In this document: in pieces, positions 13,356-27,104 of the stretch
Position numbering within the stretch: the first letter of the stretch is position 1
How the letters are laid out: each line of letters starts with the position of its first letter
Source: Amphiscolops sp. MND2022
Taxonomy: Eukaryota
Direction of reading: 5' to 3'
NCBI GenBank assembly: GCA_964187785.1
Contig: OZ076409.1
Coordinates: 28,460,001-28,524,000, forward strand
DNA length: 64,000 nt
Position numbers and translations under genes: made by a program
Notes under the pieces: model-generated
What the model was told of the DNA's origin: nothing
What the model saw: only the letters and a program-made list of their open reading frames with translations
The model's database searches: none

Positions 13356-13768
13356 TGTGATGCCATGATGCATGTCCTCAAAGATTCCATAAATCTGAAA
13401 TACTCTGAACTCTTAACCAAAGTGATTAGTAAATGTAATTTAATTTGGAAGCTAATTATTCTAGAAGAAACTTCATCTAATATATCCTGTATCAAGCTTC
13501 CCCGATTCATCCTGTTGCTGTCACATTGTTAATTGATGAAACCTACCCTAGTTAATAGAATATATCTACTCGGAGAAATTGAGAATTCATCCTGACGATC
13601 GGTCTTCCCGTCAGCACTCCAAGAACTGAGATCTCAGAAATAGATTGTAATCAGACTTAGCTAACTACAAGATACAAAATAAGACGACTCTGCTGTTAAA
13701 ATCTTAGACTTCTTATGTCGATGATAAAACATCTAAAAGTAACTACCACACAACTTTTTAACAGCTCA
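13356..13768 (+). repeat. 5' LTR of element A
   Basis: TGTGATGCC...ACAGCTCA; direct repeat of 30743-31155 with about 10 substitutions counted by eye. Confidence 0.95.
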
Positions 13769-13770
13769 AT

Positions 13771-13785
13771 TGGTGCGACCAAGAA
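13771..13785 (+). promoter_or_regulatory. Primer-binding site of element A
   Basis: TGGTGCGACCAAG begins 2 nt after the LTR CA; cognate tRNA not assigned. Confidence 0.7.
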
Positions 13786-14466
13786 AATTCTTCTTTCTCT
13801 CCCATTCATTTCACACATCTACAATTGTTGTACACCTTTCCACGACTTTCTCATTCGATATCTCTTTGTTCGACACACAGTTTCTCCGCCTCTCTCTCAA
13901 TATCGCTTACCGTTACTAACTTCAACGTTGCAACCAATTTCTATTTGAAATTGATCCGTGTTGCTATGGTTCTCACTGCGTTTCTCAACGTAATTCCTGT
14001 CAGTCATATTTCTTGGTTCTGACTACGTTTCTCGCCATAATTCCTGTCAGTAAATTTTTCGTTCCAACCACCTTTGAGTGAATTCGTGTTGGCTTTCTCT
14101 CTTTCTTCCGTTCCAACCGCAGACGTGCGATACGTGTTGGCCCTTCTACAGTGCTATCCAGCGATTCCTGCTAGTAAAAATCTCTTTGGTTCGAGCCGCT
14201 CGGATCAACTTTAAAGTTGGCACACCTATATAACATCCATTTTTCATAACATCTTTATAATACTTTTCCTTCTCTCTCTTCTAATAGCACAAACAAAATA
14301 CAAAACTCTTTTAAAACTAAACTACGGATCCAAATACACAACAATTAAAAATATAACATATATATCACATATTTCTTTATATAACTTTCATTTTTTCATA
14401 CACATATATATATAACAAATTTTTATACAACCTCTTTGGCACACTCTTAATAGAACTTTATTGTAC

Positions 14467-14589
14467 ATGCCGCCTTCAATAGACACTGTAGTTACACTCA
14501 TTGTTTGCTTTTGGTTCTTTATTGCTATCGTTGCCGGTCTTGCACTTTTTCTTGAGAAATTCTTAATTTCATTTATACCAAAACTTTGA
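14467..14589 (+). CDS. 40-aa hydrophobic upstream ORF (single transmembrane helix predicted)
   Basis: MPPSIDTVVTLIVCFWFFIAIVAGLALFLEKFLISFIPKL*, translated by hand. Confidence 0.4.
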   Translation: MPPSIDTVVTLIVCFWFFIAIVAGLALFLEKFLISFIPKL

Positions 14590-14856
14590 AGTACAACCCT
14601 TCTCTTCTATTTTAACAAAGATAATACTACCTCTTTTTGGACTACTTAGTATTTACCACACTTTCTATACACTTATCCAATATATACAAAATCCATTTTT
14701 TCTTTTCATAAGTACAGTACTTACAATTTTCTTACAAGTTGTATTCATAGACCAAATTTTACCATATAATTCACAATTCAATACAAGTTATCTTCTTTTT
14801 CAATAGATATATCCTTTATGGCAATCTTATTATACTAACCAAACTTAAACCTTATA

Positions 14857-17800
14857 ATGCTTCCCACTCCATCTATATTAACCACTGAAAAAGACAAAAT
14901 CGATCTCTCATACAAGATGTAACACCTTTTCTAAATAACATTATCTTCCAGTACACAAATCCGCTACCATTTGAAACTGAACCCCATATAGTACATACTA
15001 TCCCATTAGTAAGAGAACATTGTGATTCCTATCTCTATTACATTCGATATAAAACACTTGAAATAACACCATCACAAATCCCTTTTCAAGTTATTTTTAA
15101 CCCAGTTAAAGGAATAAACTCTGGAACATTTTATAGAACCATACACCCACAAAATTTTACAAACAAAACATTTTCAATACAGTTTCTTTATCAACATTAT
15201 CCTTACGGATGATACTATACCCCAAGTAAAAATTTTTACCCAATTCTTATTAAAGTTTTTTAGATTGAATTATCAACTACTTTGGGAACAAAAAGGTCAA
15301 CAAGCTTACATTAATTTCCCTCAAATACTAACATATATAGAACTCTTACCATACATCATAAAAAATGAAAACAAACATTTACACTACAGAGATCTTACTT
15401 CATTTAATATTATACATTTTCAACAAATAAACTTAGATCACAACGTTTTACTTGAACATTCTGAAACATCAGATAACAGACCTTTTATTACATCCGACAC
15501 TTCTCACGAAATAACTCCTGCAGAACAAACTTCTAGTGTTGAACCTTCATATACAAGACAACAATCAGAACAATCAGAACAAGAATCCCCAGAACAAGAC
15601 GCCCTTGTTAATCTTTTTCAAAATCCTAATCCTTCTCAAGAACAACCACTATACCCACCACTATCACAAATCTCAGATATACAACAACCAAACCCTATAC
15701 AAAACAACTACAACTCACAACACATCAGAATTCTCTGAAGAAACAGTACAAAATACACGAAGTTTTACAATAACTGACGATTCAAATCTTATAATAATTC
15801 CTACCCACAATATCACACAAAACGAATTTACCAACCAAAACCAAGACAACACTTCAAATACAAATCCAGACAATACCTCTATTTTATCCACATCTAACAC
15901 TAATATTACACAACCTTCTCAGGCACAAATACCATCCCCTCGAAATTATAATCCACCTTCTGTTCCAACTCAATTTTCAACTCAGATAAACACCTATGAT
16001 TCTCCTCAACCAAGTTCATCAAATACACACTATATTGCACAGAACACTAATACAGTACATTTTCAAACACCAACTCCACCATTACCTTCTGAAATACAAA
16101 CTTCAACTTATACTCCAGCTCAAACTAACCCAGTACAAACTACACAACCTTCCTTAAATGTTAACACCATTTATTCCAACCCATCCACTAATTATACCAC
16201 TGCCAGACACCTTTCTCGACCTCCATTACAGCCTATATTAACTAATCCATTATCGTACAGTCTTACAAGTACTAATCCAAGTAATACACAACAACCTCAG
16301 ATAAACTACAATACACCCAATCCATTAAATACTCTTTCCTCTCAACACACATCTAATACAATCACACCTACATTACAACCTTCCCAATTTCAAATACCAC
16401 ATCCTCCTACAACAACAATTAGAACTAATCCTCACTTTCATAACACTTCTACCACTTCCTTAACTAATATTTCAAATAATTCTACTTACAATACAACACC
16501 ACCATCTACCATATCTCATAACACCATGTCACACCCAACATATATTAACTCCTCTACTTCTATATCAGAGCCCATTAAACCTTTTAATGGCCTTGATCAT
16601 AAGTATACATCTGAAGAATACTTACAACATATTGAGGCCCGTGTTACATTTTCCTTAGGTTTACAACCTACATCAGAACAGGAAAATAAATTTTGGCACG
16701 CTCGCCGCATGGCTTTCATACAATGTTCTTTAATAGGTACAGCACTCAGCTGGTACATTCGTTTAAACGACACTTATAAACATGATTGGCACGCTATTGT
16801 ACAAGCCTTCAAAAAACAATTTTCCTCACAAAAGAACGCTTACTATGCTCAAGTTGAAGCCCTTAATTTAACCAAAAAAGAGAATGAAACAGTACGTCAT
16901 TTTGCACTCAAATTTCAACAGCTGGTTGAAAAAGGCTGGTGTAATGAGAATGCATCCACTATAAACCTTAAATGTAATGAAATCTTTACAAAAGGACTTC
17001 CAAAAAATCTTAAAGACTTTGCAAATAAAAGGCAAGTAAAACACACTTCCACTGTTCTAGAACCTTCAATTCCTTTTCATACATTAGTAAAACTTGTTGA
17101 CGCTGAAGATATTGCAAACGACAAAATCAGAACACATGATCTTGCACTTGAAATTAATAATATTACAAAACAATTGAGTACTCAAACTCTTGATCACTCA
17201 TCTCAAGAACAACTTATGTATACACAACCCAAAGACCCAAACAACAAAAATAAACCTGCATATAAGAAATATTGCTAATACTGTCATAGAACAAATCACT
17301 CCATTTCTGCATGTTTCAAAAAACAACGAGATGATGAAGATAAACGAGAAGCATATGCTCGATCTAAATCTCCACAAAAATCATTTGTACAGTACTTTTC
17401 TTCTCCTTCCAATGATAGAACAAAAAACTATGATAATAGATACAGAAGTCGAAGTACTTCACGAGACAACTCTTACAACAAAAATTATCCACAAAACCGA
17501 TACCGTTCTACATCTCGAGATAGAGATAGATTTCGTTACGACAAAAGTACTACTCCTCCACACTACTCTAGATCAAGATATGATTCATACAAACGTGATT
17601 CCCGGTCTTACCGTTCTCCTTACAGATCTTCTTATAGATCCCCATATCGACAAAACTCTCGTCCTAGATACAGATCACGCTCCTATTCAATAGACAACAA
17701 ATTCACCAAATACACAAATTCATATAGACCACCTTCAAGACCAAGAGACTCTAGATTTTCTAGATCTCGCTCACACTCCAATTCCAGAAATAAAATCAAT

Positions 17801-20800
17801 ATGATACAACAACAAGACCAAACTGACCCTATAAAACTTGAAGTACACATGTACCACCCAACAGCAATGGCAAATGCTGTCACACCTACAAGTTGGTTTT
17901 ATACACTATATGTACATACACCATCAAGTATAGTACAAAGAGACAACCCATCTAGATTAGAAATTGCATTCCTCCTAGATAGCGGTGCTTCCATTTCTGT
18001 ACTCAATTACCCAACATACATAACTCTTACAAAACTCCTAGATATCAGATCAAATCACACCTCTGATGTTGGACCAACTCGAAATTTCAAAACATTAACC
18101 GTTGCAAACCAAACTGAAGTTCCTATTTTACATTATGCAAATATAATTTTGAACACCACTATTGACGAAAACTCTCGTTACTTTTCAGTACTTTTCGCAG
18201 TAGCTGATATCAAATACAACATCCTTGGCACACCATTCTTGGAAGACAATATACAAAACATAAACATACAAGACTTTACACTCGAATTTAAATACCAATC
18301 AAAAACACACCCAAATTATGCAAAGTTCACAATACTCCTATCCAAATATCATCCATACTTCTCTTACATTTATAGAATTAATTCAAAAACTCAAATACGT
18401 CCTAAACCCAAGTCTTCAAAAATTGCACACTTTCCAATAAAAAATTATCATAATCTCCAATTTACAACTACACCACAAAACCACTTCTTTCCTTCAGTAC
18501 CTCATACCTATTTCGCTACTAAATTTCGTACAAATTTCAATTTTATTGAAGTATTTACTGATGACAAACCAGATATTTGTGCAACTATTATTCAGAACAC
18601 TTCAAAACATGTTGCAACACTACCTACAGGACATATTGGATATATTGAAGTTCCAATAACTAATGAAAAACCCAAATTCTTCCAAGTTAATGACATCAAT
18701 ACCTTAATACATAACGTTACTTACACCTGCCATCCTGAAATCACTGAGCCACTTCCACAAACCAACTATATTGTACAATATGATGACCCTACGACACCTC
18801 CTCCTCAATTCTCTTTACATCAAATTTTTATGACCAACGACGACATTCCAAATCAAACTTCTCCTTTATATAATGTCCAACCTACTTCTCATACTTCAGA
18901 AAAACGCATTTTCCCTTCTCTACCATATACATCTGAAAATCTGAAATTCATTAATCAATTTAACTTCCAATTTTCTGACCTTACAGACACTGAATATATT
19001 ACTCTTTGCAGTATGTTACTCAAGTATAAAACTTGTTATGCAACTCATAAAAACGATGTTGGAAAAATTTCAACACCCTTCCGTATTCGACTTAAACCAA
19101 ATGCTCAACTTATGACACAACGTCCTTCAAAAGTCCCTATTCACTACAGAGACAAACTTAACGTACTTCTTAAAGAACTTGAAAGATATAACATTATCAA
19201 ACAAATTGGTTCCTCTCCTCAAGACAAACTCGTTTATGGTAGAACTTATTTAAATCCTCTCATTATAATCCCTAAGGGAGATACAATAAAAAGTGTATTA
19301 GACGCTCGACACATTAACTCCAATACAGAACAATCTGATGAATCTTGGCCTATTGAACCTCTTGCTCCACAACTAGCACGCGCAAATAAGAAATACAAAT
19401 CTGCTATTGACCTTATGTATGCCTATGCACATACACCTCTTGATGGAGACACTATAAAACTTACTAGTTTCTCCTCCGGAGATAAACTCTTCGCTTTCAT
19501 TCGAGGTTTTTATGGTCTCAAAGGACTCCCAAACTTCTTTACAAAACAAATGTCCACCTTCTTTAAAACTCTTATAGAACAAGGTTTTGCTCTTGTTTAC
19601 ATTGACGATATGTTACTTTTATCTGACTCTAAAGAACACATGTTCCAATTTATAGAACAACTACACATTATTAGTACAAAAAACAACCTTAAACTAGCCC
19701 CTGAAAAATCATTTTTCATGCTTCTTAAAGTCAAATTTCTTGGACATGAAATTGGTTACAATACAATTAAACCAATCCATTCGAAAATTGCAGCTATCCA
19801 TAAAATCCCTTCTCCAACTGGCAAAGTTGCCCTAATGAGTTTCATTGGCGCACTCAATTTCTACACCAAATTTATTGAAAAACTACATATTAACCTCAAA
19901 CCATTTTACAATCTTTTACATGAAAACACTCCTTGGAAATGGACAGATGAACACGAAAGTCTTTTCCAGAAACTTAAAATGTCTCTCACTTCTGAAACAG
20001 AACTTACAATACCAAATACAAAACATCCATATTTCATTACAGTTGACGCTTCCCTTATCGGATTAGGCGCTGTCTTATTCCAATTAAATGAACAAAACAA
20101 AATGAAAGTTATATCATACAACTCTCGTATACTTAATCCACAAAAACAAAAACTCTCCACACTTGATAGAGAACTTCTTGGTATAGTACACGCACTTCAA
20201 ATCTATGAATTTCTTATCATTGGTTCTCCTCATCCAATACACATTTTCACTGATCACAAACCTTTATTACATTGTTTTACAAAAAAAGGTAATCTTAGTC
20301 CTCGTTTTTATAGAGCTCAAATGCAGTTAACAAAATTTTCTAAACTCAAAATAATTCACACTCCTGGAAAAAATCTCTCTGTTGCTGATATGTTAAGTCG
20401 CTCTTTTACAAAAGCTGAATTACAACTCAACCAATTAAAACATAAACAACTTCCACCACAAATTGATTTTGCACTTCTACAAAATAACACTCTTAAACCT
20501 GTACATTATTTAATTAAACACGAAGAAATTTTACCCCATCAAAAACATGACTCTCACCCAATCCTCGCTGATTATGGTACAGATCAATTCTCTAATCGTA
20601 TCAATGACAAAGGAAATGACATTGTTGTCAAACCGTTACAATCTTTCTCATTCAAATCTATAACTCCTTTTCAAACCAAGTTCAAGACACCTATAAAAAA
20701 GAACAGTAAAAACTCTTCATCAACAATCTCTCTTATTTAACGATACTGACGTTACAAGCGATGACGAAGATCATATATATACTAGAATTCCAAAATCTGA

Positions 20801-22859
20801 CTCTTCCTTCCTTCAAGACACTACATTACAAACAGAAAACTATTCTACTCCTAAACAATTAACTCCAAATACTACAAAAAAATTTGTTTCTACAATAAAT
20901 GTACAACCAAATTTACCATCTCTCACACACTGTCAACAAATTATACCTTTCTATGATACATCATTTTTCAAGTACAAAAACTATTTTCAAGGTTTCTTCC
21001 TCCCAGATGATTACTCGTTAGACATAAAAACTCTTCAACAACAACAAGCCCAAGATCTGGTTCTTAGAACTGTTTATTCTTGGTTATTAAACAATGAAAA
21101 ACCCGAATTTGTAACACCTATTATCACTGGTACTCCATTTTAACATGTATATTACAAAAGATTTTCACAACTTTTCATTGACGAGTCCACAAACCTTATT
21201 AGTCTATATATTACAAACCCTAATGTTATAAACCAATACTCTACTCCAAGTTTTGTACAAGACACTATTCGTATATGTCTTCCTTTTCGAATGTTCAAAA
21301 CTGTTTTTAACAAACTCCATGAACACTCTCACACTGATATGAAAATTACATACAATACATTCAAACAATATTACTACATTCCATTCCATGAAAAATGGCT
21401 TTCCATTTTCATACATGACTGTATTGAATGTCAACGTAACAAACACTTCAATATGAAAATTCAAACTGCTCCTACACAATCATTTTCAGAACATGCTCCA
21501 TCTTTCAACTATCGAATTTCAATGGACACTAAAGGACCTATTAATCCTCCTTCTCACAACAAATCCTATATACATGTAATAATTGACGCTTTTAGTCACT
21601 TTGTTGTTACAGTACCCATCAAATCAAATAACGCAAAGACTGCTATCAAAACTCTCCTACACCATTGGATTATTAAATTTGGACCACCTATATATCTTGT
21701 CACTGATCGTGGATCAGAATATGTTAATAAAGAAATGGCACACCTTTGTACACTTATGGGAATTCGTCATTCTCCTAGAACAGCTCATTCTCCTTGGACA
21801 AATGGCCTTGTCGAAGTACAAAACAGAAATCTTGGTACCCACCTACGAATGTTCTTGCATGACACACCTAAAGCATGGGCATTCCAAGTCCATATGTACG
21901 CTCATGCACATAATTCACAACCACTTTCAGAACTCTATATTTCACTTCACGAACTTGTTTTCCACACCCGACCCAGAATACCTCTTACATTTGATTTAAA
22001 CTTTAACTGAGAAACTTCTAAAACATGTATTTCACGCTATTGCTCTCAACTTCCAGAACACTCCCATTATGACAAATCGAATTTAAACCGATTTTTCTAT
22101 AAAACACTTTCAAAACCCATCCCTCATTGGTTTCTCGCCGTAGAAACTGCTATGTTACAAATTTATTCTACAGTATACGAAAACACTCTACGAAAAATCA
22201 ATTCACACGCATACATTACAAAATTTTACCACGAAGGTAAACCCCTTCCTATTGGTACCTTTGTTTTAAAACGCAATTTTACACACGTTCATTTTTCTGA
22301 CAAACTAAAACCCCTTCGAATTGGACCATACAAAATTCTTGATAGATTATCAGATGTTACATATGAACTACTTGCACAAGATGGCTCTACAGTACTCGTC
22401 CATAGAAATCATTTAATTCCATATTATCCAAAAGAACCACTCTTATATCCACATCTACGTAGTTTTATGCGCTTTTCAGACACAACTCAATTCCAAATTC
22501 CACAACCTACCAAATACGCAAACAGTGATTCTTCCCCTTTTAACTCAGACGAATCTTTGTCAGAAGAAGATTCTCAAACATTTGTGACGCCACCATCCTT
22601 TACTACGTCCAATCAAAATACACCATCTATAACATCCAATGACAAGTCTTTCACTCCCTCAACCAATGACAACTCCTTATATAGACATATAATTAATACC
22701 CCTCACACTAATGTCTCTAGTGACAGATCAAGACACTCATCTAATAACCAAACAACTTCACTTCCTCCTCTAATTGACAGAACCACAAAAACTACTTATA
22801 AACTACGACAACAAGCCAAATTAGATTATAGACTTTTTATTACACCCTCAAAACTGTAA
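14857..22859 (+). pseudogene. gag-pol of element A, disrupted (start approximate)
   Basis: Capsid-like region (IKPFNG...ALSWY); CX2CX4HX4C knuckle broken by TAA at 17276; RS-rich tract; protease FLLDSGAS; RT YIDD; RNase H TVDAS...TDHKPL; integrase HHCC, SMDTKG/TDRGSEY/GLVE and GPY. ORFs 15536 and 17801 share a frame; frameshift near 20710; stops near 21142 and 22008. Confidence 0.93.
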
Positions 22860-22945
22860 TCCCATCATTCTATCCGTTGGCTCACTCAAAACTAGTCACT
22901 CCAGTTAAATGAAATATAACCAATAACAAGTTATCGCAAAGATAA

Positions 22946-24205
22946 CCTGTTGAAAACACTTCAACAATCCTGGATCCTCCCTCTGATATATCTCCATCAG
23001 CTCCAAGTATTCCTTCCACACCTGAATCTTCAGTATCAAGCACTACAAACTCTAGTAATGTAACTCCTACTACTCCTTATAAAAGACCAAGATCACACAT
23101 TTCTGAAACCACCTCTTCTTCACTTCTTCATAGACCACCTATAACTGAAATCCCTATAAACACTCGTACTCAACAAACTCCTATTAACACTCCTATTATA
23201 CACATACCAAACCCTGAAAGTGTTGAACAATACGTAACCTACAAACATCCTACAGCTATCAAAACTGTTAGACTACAACCTCAACTTAATCTTGTACAAA
23301 TCCCTGATACGGAATATACAAAGTTACCTTCACTGAAATTACCATCAGAACTTAGCACTACTTCTTCAAAACTTTATCCACCATTAAAACCTCTTCGAAA
23401 ACCTTCTACATCACTCTCAAATCTCTTAGACAATACTTCAGACTACGCTCCATCACAAGACACAAGCTCACTTTTAGTACCTAAACATAGATATAATCTC
23501 CGTGACCTCCCTTCACGTAGACTTAGTACAGACACTTCAACACTCAATTTTTCCACTCTTTCTAGCAATTCTGCACTACGACTTATACGACAACACGCTC
23601 AACCATTGTCCTCTGACACACCTTCTTCAGAACTTTTCCAATCTCCTTATTTTACTTCTGGCTTTGAAACTGCTTCATTACTCTCATCTAACCCTCAGAC
23701 TGCATTTTTATCGGGAGACCTTTTTTCACAAGTAGTCTTCCCTACTCCTGTTCCTGCACATATTAGACTACCCGAATACTATACTGCAGAACACTCTAGA
23801 CCCCCAACTCCAAATTTTGCTGACTATCCACTTAGAGTCGATGGTATAACCATCTACGACCCACAAAACGACCCCCGATTTCCAATTCTTGCAGAACGTT
23901 TCATTAACAACAACGACCTCTTATCTCACAAACGCAAAGAAACAGAACTGAAACGCCTTCAGACACCAAATCTAGAACTTAAATTTGAAGTCAAAGTCAA
24001 ATTTCAAGGATTAAATCCACACCCAATATTTCACGTTTCTACAATAGAACATAAAACCTCTCCTGCTCCTTTTGAAGTAATACATATTGAATTTGAACGC
24101 GATCTTAATATACCCACTATCACGTATGGCAACATTGTCTTCTGTAACCCATATTCCGGTCTTAAATATACAACATCTTTTCAAACCCTACACAACCTTT
24201 TATAA
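22946..24205 (+). CDS. Accessory ORF between pol and env (~420 open codons, S/T/P-rich N-terminal half, PSAP and LYPPL motifs); start unresolved
   Basis: The frame of ORF 23606-24205 stays open back to 22946 (hand-translated). Confidence 0.6.
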   Translation, partial: PVENTSTILDPPSDISPSAPSIPSTPESSVSSTTNSSNVTPTTPYKRPRSHISETTSSSLLHRPPITEIPINTRTQQTPINTPIIHIPNPESVEQYVTYKHPTAIKTVRLQPQLNLVQIPDTEYTKLPSLKLPSELSTTSSKLYPPLKPLRKPSTSLSNLLDNTSDYAPSQDTSSLLVPKHRYNLRDLPSRRLSTDTSTLNFSTLSSNSALRLIRQHAQPLSSDTPSSELFQSPYFTSGFETASLLSSNPQTAFLSGDLFSQVVFPTPVPAHIRLPEYYTAEHSRPPTPNFADYPLRVDGITIYDPQNDPRFPILAERFINNNDLLSHKRKETELKRLQTPNLELKFEVKVKFQGLNPHPIFHVSTIEHKTSPAPFEVIHIEFERDLNIPTITYGNIVFCNPYSGLKYTTSFQTLHNLL

Positions 24206-26833
24206 AACAAATTTAATACTTTATTTACACTTATTTAACTCCACCTTTTCCATACTCATAACACCCTCTGACACAGAAAACTATCTTCCATCGGATTACC
24301 CAAATATTACAAATCTCATGGTTTCTCATTATGACTGTGCAAAACAACACAATTTGAGACAATTTAACTTACTTAATGTAAAATAATGCACTGAAGCTCC
24401 TTCTGACATTAAACACGCAAGTGTTAAAGCCCGTGTATATGTCCGAGCAAAAGCTAAACGCATCAAAGCTTTTAAATGTGTTGCTTATGCAAAGAAAGAA
24501 AGAAAAAACTTGCTTTCAAGGTTCCGTAAAATACCGTCGTGTTGATAGAACGGTATGGAACCATAATACAATACCGCTCCCTGTTACTCTTGATCCTTTA
24601 GAATGTAAAAACATTATAAGACATTTAAATGGTACAAATGATAAAATATTGAACAACTTTCAATACAACAAAACTTTTACACTCTTAGAACATCATTATT
24701 TTCAAGAACGTTAAGAACAATATCAAACTCCTTTCACTGTATATCAATTGAACAAAATGTATACAGGTACATTTACATTTATGCCTGCTGATAAAAACTG
24801 GATATATGACCCTACTCAAAACCCTTATCATAACTGTCCTGCCCATCACCAATTCGAAGTCAACCTGGTTAGTTAGCGATTAGAAATTTCCGAAGTAGAA
24901 CTTACATATGATGACACATCTAATGACATGATAATCGATGGACATACATTACCCTGCTATTTTGCAGATGGTTTTTGAAAACCCACATCAAAAACTCCTT
25001 TTACTTTTGTTTGGTTCAATGATGATTATTGCTTAATTTTTACATTACAAGATTTCATTGGCCGTATGACTAAAATTGAAGATAGATATTAGATTGGAAC
25101 AGACTCTTTTGTACATTCTCCACACCCAATAAAATCTAAAACAGCTTCTGGTATCAAAGGTACAGAATACTCCTATGTTTATGCTCCTCATACACAACAT
25201 CCAAATAACCCAAGTCTTTCAAGATTTGAAGTTTTTCCTACAGCACAAACCTTTTGTGGTAAACCAGACCCTCTCTATTCTACACAATATTCAGACCTTT
25301 TTGTTACATACACTGATGGTTTCAATATGCATACAGGACAACCCAATCCTTATTCCATGATTGATGAATATATTTCCGGTAAATTAGTATTAGACACTGC
25401 AAATAACAAATTTGTATTCCCTGCATTAAATGTCTCAAACAATTTTGCTACTATTGACTATGACGCCCATATAAACACCAAAATAGACTACACTATCAAC
25501 CATGTTTTTAGATCAATGACAGTACAAGAACTAAATACTCTTCATACAATATGTGAACTAGAACGCAATCAACTCCTTACAATACTCGCAATGTCAGAAC
25601 AAAACCCTCAACTTGCTGGTTTCCTTTTAACCGGTAATAGAAGTAATTTCTTATACGTTGAAGGCTCAACCGCCTGGCTTTACGACTGTCCTCATTTTTT
25701 ATCTCCTTTATACAAAGCAGATAGATGCTTTGACCGAATACCCATACATTTTAAAGATACCTTAATGTACGTTGATCCTATTACAAGACAAACTTATGAT
25801 TATGCTACACCAATTACATGTGATAATAATCCACGTAACTTATTGAACTAGATCCTGATTCAGACGACCAAGACTTTTACATTCTTGGACCTGAACCTAT
25901 TAAACGCAAACCTCCACTAATGTTTACACCTTCACAAATCAAAACTACACTACGCCCTAATACCTTTACAGCCCAAGATGCTGGTATATATTCAAATGCA
26001 GAACTTGATCAATTTTGGAACCGTATTTTATTTCTAAACATTCTGATTCTACACTCCAATTACTAGGCAAAGCTCTTAGTTATTCCTTCATTTCATCTAA
26101 TGCTCCAAATTACGATGCAGATTCCCCTCAAGATTCTGGTAATCCTTATAATACATTACGTATAGGACTCCACGATAAACTCTTGAATTTAACTCCTTTT
26201 TTTACACCTACATGGTTTTCAGATGCTTTTATTGCACTTTTTGGATACCCTTGTTACATTCTCACACAATGTGGTATATACTTTTCTACATTTCTTTTCG
26301 TACAAGCTACTCTTACACTCATTGTCAAACTTAACAAAACAATATCCATTAAATATAATCTCAAAAATAATATTACCTTATTTAGTTCTATAGCACATGG
26401 TTTTTTTAATGTCCTTACAGCACGAATGGTCAGTGACCTCCATGAGACTCAAAACAAAAAACCCAAAAGTACACTTTTAAAATCCAAATCCTTAGATAAT
26501 TTTATTGACACTTCTCCAAATTTAATTAATCATTCTACAGATGTTACTTCCCCTCCACCTTTCTATACTAAACGTCCTAACAAAATTCAATTTCCTAAAT
26601 TTAACTTGTTTCCGAAACGACACCACAGTTCCCACCAAAAAACAGCTCCGTTTCCTTTCACTCCTGTTCAACATCCTCCACTTCCTAATTATACTCATAA
26701 AAACTTTCACTCGAAGGACAATCTCACTACTCAACATGACACTTTAATTAACAATTCTGAAACCTCCAATACGGATACACCAATTAAAATATATTCACGG
26801 ATAAACTATCCTTTTCCTCCTCCATCTTCTTGA
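24200..26833 (+). pseudogene. env: env: class III (chuvirus G / herpesvirus gB-like) fusion glycoprotein, disrupted
   Basis: Signal-like KTNLILYLHLFNSTFS; motifs SHYDC, LDPLEC, ICELERNQLLTILAM..NPQLAG and CFDRIPI..YVDPITR..PITC; TM segment near 26230-26330; Pro-rich tail; several stops and frameshifts. Confidence 0.8.
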
Positions 26834-27104
26834 ACACTCTCTCACTTTTCTGTAAACTTTCTTCCAGCACACTTGCCTACTATCTCTTCACAATTGCTAC
26901 TCCTCCACCGCACGAAACTCTTGCAGAAGTTCATCTTCCTCAGCCCAAAAATACATCTCTAATAATAACCGTCTTCAAAAACTCTTCAACTAAAGTTGAT
27001 AAATCCACTCGTTAGTGTATTTTTTAGTACCTTCACTTCAAAGTGATAAGGCCTCTTGGAATAGATAACACTGTGATTGTTGATGTTTTTCTTTTAAAAA
27101 TACA

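Noticed and set aside
13206..13948. Short ORFs overlapping the LTR of A (repeated at 30628-31341)
   Set aside because: They cross LTR boundaries, differ between the two copies, and show no recognisable domains.
17276..17278. Programmed gag-pol readthrough stop
   Set aside because: The stop lies within the zinc knuckle and the element has many other lesions; a point mutation is more likely.
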